Part shown: one piece after another, positions 1-5,920 of the stretch
Numbering within the stretch: position 1 is the first letter of the stretch
Layout: every line of letters starts with the position of its first letter
Virus record (IMG/VR): IMGVR_UViG_2526164595_000004
Reading direction: 5' to 3' (one strand)
From: a virus
Lineage: Duplodnaviria; Heunggongvirae; Uroviricota; Caudoviricetes
DNA: 6,777 nucleotides
Made by a program: the position numbers and the translations under genes
The notes under the pieces: generated by a model
What the model saw: only the letters and a program-made list of their open reading frames with translations
Told to the model about the DNA's origin: nothing
Database searches by the model: none

Positions 1-28
1 AGTTCAGCTCGCCGTCGAAGACTTTCCC
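1..28 (-). CDS. T: 5' fragment of the T reading frame (gpGT fusion), reached by -1 frameshift from G; continues off-window
   Basis: The -1 frame after the GGGAAAG heptamer stays open to the window edge (GGG AAA GTC TTC GAC GGC GAG CTG AAC ...). The lambda G-T arrangement is established knowledge. Too short here to confirm by homology. Confidence 0.4.
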
Positions 29-435
29 GCAGAAAAATCATCATCAGTCAGCGTGTTATTTTTCGCCACTTCAGTAATATCAGTATCCGGACGAACAGCT
101 TCGATCATCCCGGACAGGCACAACACCACGTCTTCCGCCCGGGCAATGGCATCGGCAGGCCAGGTGGTGAGCACTTCCTGCTCTATCTTCATCACGGCCT
201 CATTCATTGACGGTGACTGCGTTTTCTGTGGATGGTTATGCCACAGGGACATCGCCACCAGAAACGCGCCGGTTCTGACGAGATCTTCCACGCTAACCTG
301 CAGGTTGCCGCAGGATTCTGCCTGTTCTGCACGCCGTTTCAGGAGGGCAAGATGCTCGATACGCTGCAGCGCAGACAATTCGGAAAGCGTGACAGACACA
401 CCGTTATATTCAAATTGTTCTGTTTTCAGAAACAT
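4..435 (-). CDS. G: Tail assembly chaperone gpG-like
   Basis: 143-aa ORF; MFLKTEQFEYNGVSVTLSELSALQRIEHLAL...GAFLVAMSLWHNHPQKTQ...NEAV..IEQEVLTTWP is near-collinear with lambda gpG (about 140 aa) as I recall it. GGAGG lies 7 nt upstream of the ATG (plus 442-446). Stop at 4-6. Confidence 0.9.
   Translation of the reverse strand: MFLKTEQFEYNGVSVTLSELSALQRIEHLALLKRRAEQAESCGNLQVSVEDLVRTGAFLVAMSLWHNHPQKTQSPSMNEAVMKIEQEVLTTWPADAIARAEDVVLCLSGMIEAVRPDTDITEVAKNNTLTDDDFSAGKSSTAS
22..28 (-). promoter_or_regulatory. Programmed -1 ribosomal frameshift slippery heptamer G GGA AAG (G to GT recoding site)
   Basis: Minus strand reads gcG GGA AAG tct in the G zero frame, 6 codons before the G stop. Heptamer and position match the known lambda G/GT slip site. 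Confidence 0.7.
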
Positions 436-448
436 GTATTACCTCCGT

Positions 449-1201
449 TTACCCTGCAGCGCCCGCTTCAGTAACGGTGACTTCAGCCACTGCGGCGAAC
501 TGACCATTTCCGCTCACCACAGGGATCTGCACCTTACCTGTCGCCACGCCGTTTACCGTAATTGTCATATCTTTCACACTAATGGTGGCTTTCGACGGAT
601 CGGCGGAAACCGCTCTGAACGTCTTGTCGGTTGCACTTTCCGGCTCAAAAGAAACCGTCAGGGTGGTTGTTTTCCCTTTTGCCACCGTACCGGATGTCGG
701 CGTCACCTTAATCGCACTGACCGGCGTAATTTTGCTGCGTTCTTCCGCTACAGAAGGTTTACCCACGTTAGTGACTTTCACCGTGCGGGTGATCACTTCT
801 TTCGCCGTCACGGCCTTACCGATACTGCTGACCCAGCCACGAAACACATCCACCGTGCCATTCGGAAAACGGATTTTATAGGCCCGGACATCGCCGCTTT
901 CAAACCAGCCTATAAGCCCTTTCTGGCCTTCCTCTCCCGGTTTCCAGGCCAGCGTAAAACTGGTATCACCTGCAGATTTCTGCCCCTGCCCGGTCGCGGT
1001 CCAGTCTGCGTCTTCATCATCCAGGTAGTTATCATCGTAGGATTCTGCCGTCATCTCGCCCGGCGTCAGATCCTTCACCTTAGCCAGTCGCTGCCAGTCA
1101 GCGTCTGACAACGGGTTTGCATAAGCATCACCCTTGCCGTTGTAAACCCACAGAGTGGTACCGGCACCTTTTACTGGCTCCAGGGGATTTGGTGTTGCCA
1201 T
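449..1201 (-). CDS. V: Major tail tube protein gpV-like with C-terminal Ig-like (Big_2-type) domain
   Basis: 250-aa ORF; [12 protein letters not shown]...[55 protein letters not shown]...[41 protein letters not shown] matches lambda gpV closely. C-terminal ...[38 protein letters not shown] resembles the Ig-like domain. SD GAGGA overlaps the U stop; start 8 nt after it. Confidence 0.93.
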   Translation of the reverse strand: MATPNPLEPVKGAGTTLWVYNGKGDAYANPLSDADWQRLAKVKDLTPGEMTAESYDDNYLDDEDADWTATGQGQKSAGDTSFTLAWKPGEEGQKGLIGWFESGDVRAYKIRFPNGTVDVFRGWVSSIGKAVTAKEVITRTVKVTNVGKPSVAEERSKITPVSAIKVTPTSGTVAKGKTTTLTVSFEPESATDKTFRAVSADPSKATISVKDMTITVNGVATGKVQIPVVSGNGQFAAVAEVTVTEAGAAG

Positions 1202-1208
1202 ATCGTCC

Positions 1209-1604
1209 TCACATCTCGTATGTAATGGAATAAGTCAGATCCGCAGAGCTCCATAACGCCATATCGTCATCACGACGATACTCATAGCCCTGCGTAACCA
1301 TCGTGGTAATCAGTCCTGCCAGTGCCGGGATCGCAGTCATCGCCGGATAAATCCGGCTTTCCATCCACTGATCAAGCTCTGAATCCGGTACCTGTGCCGG
1401 TAAAAACACCTCAATATGCAGTGTGGCCCGCCAGGTATCTGCATCCAGCTCTTCACCGGTATACTCTGCATCCGTCAGATAAACCGCGATCGCAGGAAAA
1501 TCCTCTTCGTCAAAAACAACGGGGCGACCATCAAACAGCGTCGCCCCGTGTTCATGCTGCTCGAGTGCATCCAGCACTGCGGCACGAATATCAGTGTGTT
1601 TCAT
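1209..1604 (-). CDS. U: Tail terminator protein gpU-like
   Basis: 131-aa ORF; [58 protein letters not shown]...[26 protein letters not shown]...[20 protein letters not shown] is collinear with lambda gpU (131 aa). Start overlaps the Z stop as ATGA (plus 1601-1604). Confidence 0.93.
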   Translation of the reverse strand: MKHTDIRAAVLDALEQHEHGATLFDGRPVVFDEEDFPAIAVYLTDAEYTGEELDADTWRATLHIEVFLPAQVPDSELDQWMESRIYPAMTAIPALAGLITTMVTQGYEYRRDDDMALWSSADLTYSITYEM

Positions 1605-2176
1605 CGTTTTATCGCAATCCTCAGTTGTTGTTTCAGCGCGGATGCCAGTTCTCCGGGCAGGCGTTCACGCCGGATACGGTCAACATTCTCATCAAATGCC
1701 TGTTTCAGTGGGGCCGCCATCGGGATTTTCACCACCTGAATGGGAAGGCGATTACGCTTTTTCCTTCCCTTGTCGTCATTGCCCTCCTCATATCTGGCCT
1801 GGGGAAGACGTTGCATAACATGCCAGCGCCCATTATTTAATCGCTGGATAAATGCCCGCTGATAACGATGCTGACCGGCTTTGAGTATGCTGTCCGGACG
1901 ACGCCCCAGCATTCTGATCCCCAGCTTAATCACAGGGAGATCACCGCGGTTAACGATAATTCTGGCATTCGGATTTCTGACCGTCGCCCGTTTCAGTCTG
2001 GACCGTTCCTTAACCAGTTTCCGGCGAACCTTGGTCTCCCGGGCAACCTGTGATGAAGACTGATTAATCGCCGTTGTGGCCACGCGGTTAATGGTCATTG
2101 CAGAAGCAGCCGGAATGGCGTTTTTACGAACCCGGCTCAGATTGTCAATCGCCTGATCAAGCCCTTTTATCGCCAT
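1601..2176 (-). CDS. Z: Tail completion protein gpZ-like
   Basis: 191-aa ORF; MAIKGL.QA..NLSR...A.P.A.AM.INRVA..AI.QS.SQVARETKVRRKLVKER.RLKRATV.NP.ARI.VNRGDLPVIKLG...NGRWHVMQR...VVKIPMA.PL..AF..N..RIRRERLP.EL..AL..QLR..IKR matches lambda gpZ. ATGA overlap with U indicates translational coupling. Confidence 0.9.
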   Translation of the reverse strand: MAIKGLDQAIDNLSRVRKNAIPAASAMTINRVATTAINQSSSQVARETKVRRKLVKERSRLKRATVRNPNARIIVNRGDLPVIKLGIRMLGRRPDSILKAGQHRYQRAFIQRLNNGRWHVMQRLPQARYEEGNDDKGRKKRNRLPIQVVKIPMAAPLKQAFDENVDRIRRERLPGELASALKQQLRIAIKR

Positions 2177-2190
2177 AATTCACCCTGCGT

Positions 2191-2544
2191 TTATCGTCGC
2201 CGGTTAACTGCGGGTGGTTGCCCACGGTTGAGCCAGAGATAACAGCTACCCCCGTCATCCGGAGAAACACGATCCACCCAGAATGTCTCACCATTAATGG
2301 TCAGCGTGTCACCACGCCGCACGGCACGAACCGTATCCGTCCGCACAAATAATGACGGGCTGCTTCCTTCAATACGGACCCCGCTACCGGCAAACCCCAG
2401 CGACTCCGGATCGTCAAAAACCCCCTGAACTTCGCTGCCACACTGTGCCCCCGAGGTGAACTGCGCACAGAGCCCCATCACTTCAACGATCGTACTGTCC
2501 ACCCCGGCGAGGGCAGCATCAAAGGCATTCTGAAAATCACGCAT
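2191..2544 (-). CDS. FII: Head-tail joining protein gpFII-like
   Basis: 117-aa ORF; M.DF.N.FDAA.A..D.TI...MG......SG.Q.G....GVFDDPE...AG.GVR.EGSSPSLFVRTD.VR..RRGDTLTI....FWVDRVSPDDGGSC.LWL.RG.PPAVNRRR is a strong match to lambda gpFII (117 aa). Confidence 0.92.
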   Translation of the reverse strand: MRDFQNAFDAALAGVDSTIVEVMGLCAQFTSGAQCGSEVQGVFDDPESLGFAGSGVRIEGSSPSLFVRTDTVRAVRRGDTLTINGETFWVDRVSPDDGGSCYLWLNRGQPPAVNRRR

Positions 2545-2565
2545 ATTCAGCCGTTCCGTCCTGTA

Positions 2566-2904
2566 TCATGGCCGTTGCCAGTGATGATGGCACCAGAACA
2601 CTCTGCCAGCATCAACATGCTCAACAGGCTCACCTGTTTCATCGTCAACACCGCACAGGTAAAAACACTTCAGAAGCCTGATACGTTCCAGAATACCAAC
2701 GTCATCCTCACCGGTGTGCCTGCATGCCTGCTCATGAACGGTATCATCAACATCTGCGATTTCATTTTCCGAGGCGCAAACCTCCTCTTCCCACTCTGCC
2801 ACACGCTGTGCGATATCCGCAGCACTCCCCGACATATCCGCCTCGCGCCCCAGCAGACCAGCCAGTTCACAAAGACGTTTCAGATTTTCTTCTTTTGTTG
2901 CCAT
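2566..2904 (-). CDS. FI: DNA-packaging / head assembly protein gpFI-like
   Basis: Start chosen at the internal ATG (2904-2902) preceded by AGGAGG (plus 2910-2915) with a 5-nt spacer, giving 112 aa. N-terminal half MATKEENLKRLCELAGLLGREADMSGSAADIAQRVAEWEEEV parallels lambda FI MTKDELIARLRSLGEQLNRDVSLTGTKEELALRVAELKEEL. The C-terminal part is more divergent and ends in an odd Cys/His/Trp-rich tail, so the 3' end is uncertain. Confidence 0.7.
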   Translation of the reverse strand: MATKEENLKRLCELAGLLGREADMSGSAADIAQRVAEWEEEVCASENEIADVDDTVHEQACRHTGEDDVGILERIRLLKCFYLCGVDDETGEPVEHVDAGRVFWCHHHWQRP

Positions 2905-2918
2905 ATCAGCCTCCTGTG

Positions 2919-2947
2919 AAAAAAGACACGGGGGCATTTCGCCCTCG
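2919..2947 (-). terminator. Terminator-like GC hairpin plus T6 run between E stop and FI ribosome-binding site
   Basis: Minus strand: CGAGGGC-gaaat-GCCCCCG (7-bp stem, one A.C mismatch) followed by tgtc TTTTTT, immediately upstream of the FI AGGAGG. Seen directly in sequence; function not demonstrated. Confidence 0.3.
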
Positions 2948-2955
2948 CTCACGGA

Positions 2956-3985
2956 TTATTTCACCTGTACCACCACAAACTCATCCGGATCCGGCAGCAC
3001 CATCAGCGGTGCGGACTGCGTCATGGTGAATTCACAGGACGGATCGCCCACAGTCAGCCAGTGTTTCGGGTAACGGGAAGAAGCCACCACACCTTCAGAC
3101 AACGCCTGTGCATCCTTAATGGCTCCATAGCAACGAATCCCCTCTGCTGCCGTATTCCCCAGCACCAGCGTGCCCTCCGGCAGATAACGTTTTTCGGTAC
3201 CGTCCTCTGCCACATAAGACGTTTTCGCTACCACAATGGCCAGATCACCGTAATACCCTTTGAAGGATACCACTGCGCCCAGGTCTTTCACTGCCGTTTC
3301 GAGTTGTGAATTTGAGCCGCGACGGGTATCCAGTTTTTCGCGGAACAGCTTAAAGCCATTCAGCAGACGCCAGACCGTACCGTCCATAATGGCAATATTC
3401 ACAAGACCGCTGGCCTGATCGCAGTAAAGGTCAATATCATGCGTCGGATCGAACGTGTCACGATCCTGCTCAGACCACTCCTTACCGCTACCTTGTATGA
3501 TGTTATTCTCCGTCAGAGCGGCCGAAATCCACCTCGACCGTGTCAAACTGTTCCCCTTCCATGGTGTATTTGCCATACAGCACGGCATTCACCGCCTGCA
3601 TTTCTTCCACCTGGACAATAGCGTGCTCTTCCTGTTTGAGGTTATCGGTGATGATACGCAGACGACGGTAGGCCGGGTCGTTCAGCTGAGCCGGATCTTC
3701 ACCGGGAAGGCGCTCAACCGCCTGCTGGTAATTAAATTCGTGTTTCGGCTTGACGTAGCCCGGACGCAACACGCGGGTTTCACCACCACGATGGCGCAGC
3801 ACTTTTCCTTCAACGATCGGGGAGACATAGGCCGCCACCGGCGTTTTTCCGGTAATTTTGTCCAGCATCACCTCTTCGGTGTGGAAATTCACCGTACGGC
3901 GGAAAAACAGCTCCAGAAATAGCGCACGGAATTTAACTTTTTGTTCGGTATAACCGAGTAACTGGCGGGTCGTAAACAATCCCAT
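2956..3985 (-). pseudogene. E: Major capsid protein gpE-like, reading frame interrupted by an apparent +1 insertion near 3510-3511 (pseudogene or sequencing indel)
   Basis: The N-terminal 160-aa ORF (3503..3985) and C-terminal 210-aa ORF (2956..3588) are in different frames but together are collinear with lambda gpE (341 aa). Examples: YVSPIV.G.V.R.RGG...PGYVKPKHE, AIVQVEEMQAV.AVL.GKYTM.GE.FD.VEVD.GRS in the first; ENNI.Q.G..EWS..D...DPT.DI, KLDTRRGSNS.LETAVKDLG, EFTM.QSAPLM in the second. Minus strand reads tct gac G gag aat aac at the junction. SD AAAGGAA upstream of ATG 3985. Confidence 0.85.
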
Positions 3986-4013
3986 AAATCAGTTCCTTTC
4001 ATTCAGAAATCAG

Positions 4014-4035
4014 TCAGGCCAACGCGGTGGCCTGA
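4014..4035 (-). other. Intergenic RNA hairpin between D stop and E start
   Basis: Perfect 7-bp inverted repeat TCAGGCC / GGCCTGA with an 8-nt loop, inside the 57-nt D-E spacer. No adjacent U-run, so it is not a canonical intrinsic terminator. Confidence 0.3.
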
Positions 4036-4042
4036 TAACGTG

Positions 4043-4390
4043 TTACGGCAGCGCCGCGTGACTCAGGGCACTGCCGGCAAAGGCATTGGCCTTTTTGTGT
4101 TCATCCACACTGTCAGGCCAGCGGATTGCCTCCGTCGCAAAGGTCCCCGACTTGTAATAGGTCAGCACCGTCTCTGTGCCTTCAAGCGGCAGTACCAGTA
4201 TGCCAACCGCACTACCGGCTTTCTGTCCATCCCAGACCACCAGTTTCCCGGTGGCTTCATCCAGCATCAGGGGCGTCAGAGCCGGTGTTGCAGAAGAAAT
4301 CCCGCTGCTGCCTGTGGCGGTATGAGCCGGATCATTACCAGCAAAAATACGTACTTCCGCACGCTGTTCAGTGATGGTTTTCGTCACCAT
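4043..4390 (-). CDS. D: Head decoration protein gpD-like
   Basis: 115-aa ORF; ...GNDPAHTATGSSGISSATPALTPLMLDEATGKLVVWDGQKAGSAVGIL...TYYKSGTF..E...WP.....KK.AFAGSA matches lambda gpD (110 aa; SDPAHTATAPGG...MTPLMLDTSSRKLVAWDG...AVGIL...FYKSGTF). GAGG 10 nt upstream of the ATG. Confidence 0.9.
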   Translation of the reverse strand: MVTKTITEQRAEVRIFAGNDPAHTATGSSGISSATPALTPLMLDEATGKLVVWDGQKAGSAVGILVLPLEGTETVLTYYKSGTFATEAIRWPDSVDEHKKANAFAGSALSHAALP

Positions 4391-4426
4391 TTTGTTAAAA
4401 CCTCATATTGATGGTCAGCACTGACT

Positions 4427-5029
4427 TCATGGCATGGCCATGAGCATTTTCACGTCCGCATCACCGTCTTCTGACGTCTGTGACACGCCACCCCGCACCG
4501 CTGCCGGTGAATGATTCGCCATGAAATGTTCAAACAGGGCGGTTGTGGATGCAGAGACCGGTTCGGCCTTACCTGATCCCGCAGCCAGCACAGCCCGGGC
4601 GTTCTCCACGGTCATTCCCGGGCAGGCCGCCAGTTTTTCAGCCTGCGCTTCTGCCCCTTTTGCCTCATCCAGGGCCATGATCTGATCACGAAGTGAGGGC
4701 CCGGCATCCGCCAGTGGTGCAGCCGCCAGGATCGGGCGGGCTTTTTCCACCGTCATCTCCGGCATCGCCGCCAGCGTTGCTGCCAGTTGTTCACGACCGT
4801 TCGCTTCTTCACACGCCATAATGCGATCGGCTTCACTCTGCGCGGATGCCACCGGCTGCTGCGGTGCCGCCGCGGCCAGAATCGCCCGGGCCTGTTCAAC
4901 GCTCATGCCCTGTTGCCCTGCCAGCATCGTGGCAAGCTGTTCACGTCCTTTCGCTTCCTGGCATGTCAGGATCCCCATCACTCGCTGGTTCTCCTGCACG
5001 GCGGCTTCCGTTGCAGTTAATTGCGGCAT
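4427..5029 (-). CDS. Nu3: Nested in-frame scaffolding protein (Nu3-like) from an internal start within the 3' part of C
   Basis: Internal ATG (5029-5027) preceded by GAGGAGG (plus 5034-5040). Product of about 200 aa begins MPQLTATEAAVQENQRVMGILTCQEAKGREQ..., paralleling lambda Nu3 (...ENSRIMGILNCEEAHGREEQARVLAETPGMTVKTARRILAAAP). The nested C/Nu3 arrangement is established for lambda; the exact start here is inferred. Confidence 0.55.
   Translation of the reverse strand: MPQLTATEAAVQENQRVMGILTCQEAKGREQLATMLAGQQGMSVEQARAILAAAAPQQPVASAQSEADRIMACEEANGREQLAATLAAMPEMTVEKARPILAAAPLADAGPSLRDQIMALDEAKGAEAQAEKLAACPGMTVENARAVLAAGSGKAEPVSASTTALFEHFMANHSPAAVRGGVSQTSEDGDADVKMLMAMP
4577..4984 (-). repeat. 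Three tandem, diverged copies (about 140-160 nt, 36-41 aa) of the scaffold motif inside C/Nu3
   Basis: Protein repeats RVMGILTCQEAKGREQLATMLAGQQGMSVEQARAILAAAAP, RIMACEEANGREQLAATLAAMPEMTVEKARPILAAAP and QIMALDEAKGAEAQAEKLAACPGMTVENARAVLAAG. Matching DNA similarity is visible, e.g. ctgttcacgtcctttcgcttcctggcatgtcag versus ttgttcacgaccgttcgcttcttcacacgccat. Confidence 0.7.
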
Positions 5030-5920
5030 AGTGCCTCCTCTGACATTACTGTTCAGCGCCGTGGCCATCACACTGATGGCATCCGACGCATTGATTAATT
5101 CATCCGCCAGCCCGGCCTCAATGCCGGACTGACCTTCAAAAACGGCGGCCTCTGTTCCCGTGACTGCATCAACAGACAGACCGGTATACATCGCCACTTT
5201 TTCGGCAAACATCCGGTGCGCCGCATCAATCCGCTGCTGCATATCCTGGCGAACCTCTGCCGGCAACGCTTCAAACTGATTGCCATCCACCTTGTGCGCC
5301 CCGGCATAAATCAGCGTGATATCCACACCGGCCTGCGCCAGATGACCGGCATAGCTGACATGGCTCATCATCACGCCAATGGAGCCGATACGGGATGTCT
5401 GGGTAACCAGCCGTCGGGAGCAGGCCGACGCCAGCAGCATGGCTGCAGAACAGGCCGTGTCATTGCACAGTGCCCAGACCGGCTTCTGCTGCCGGAGGCG
5501 GTAAATCATGTCAGCGCAGTCAAACGCGCCGGCGGCCTGCCCGCCGGACTGTCAATGTCCAGCAGTATGCCCCGCACCTGGCTATCTGCCATTGCCTGCT
5601 GAAGACAGGCGACAATGCCGTCATAGCCAGTCATTCCGGAAAATGGCCGCATCCCCCCCAGCCGGTGCACCAGCGTGCCGGTCACCGGCAGTACCGCAAT
5701 ACCGTTCACCACCCGGTAAACACGGGCCGGTCGTTTACCTCCGGCCATGTACTCGTCCGTTTCAGCCAGCATTCCGGGAGCATCAAGCTGTACCTGCTGT
5801 TGCGGTACCGAAAGACTTGCTGCCCCCATCTCGCGCCCCAGCGCGCAAAAGAAAACCCGCGCATAGGCGGGCTCCAGAAGCAGCGGTTCATTGAATGCTG
5901 CTGCAATAATGTGTGAAAGA

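Noticed and set aside
53-1108. Long plus-strand ORF (351 aa) and other plus-strand ORFs (e.g. 232..474, 582..881, 1322..1840, 4787..5132, 5470..5916, 5508..5894).
   Set aside because: All lie antisense to well-supported lambda-like genes. Their translations are low-complexity (Arg/Cys/Ser/Pro/His-rich) with no recognisable homology or convincing ribosome-binding sites. They are typical shadow ORFs of a GC-rich coding strand.
1601-2176. Possible relocation of the Arg/Lys-rich segment within Z relative to lambda gpZ.
   Set aside because: The comparison depends on my imperfect recall of the lambda Z sequence. The ORF is intact and full length (191 aa), so I cannot support a rearrangement claim without an alignment.
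2670-2870. 66-aa minus-strand ORF inside FI (alternate frame) and the 5095..5307, 5706..5906, 6130..6477 minus-strand ORFs.
   Set aside because: They overlap better-supported genes in other frames and have no homology or start signals; judged frame artefacts.
4391-4426. Possible hairpin (GTCAG..CTGAC) in the C-D intergenic spacer.
   Set aside because: The arms are separated by only 2 nt, so no stable loop can form; most likely a coincidental short palindrome next to the D ribosome-binding site.
3503-5550. Programmed ribosomal frameshifting as the explanation for the frame changes in E and C.
   Set aside because: Neither junction has a slippery heptamer of the X XXY YYZ type. The C site needs a shift in the opposite direction from the E site, and no lambdoid C or E gene is known to be recoded. 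Indel mutation or sequencing error is the simpler explanation.
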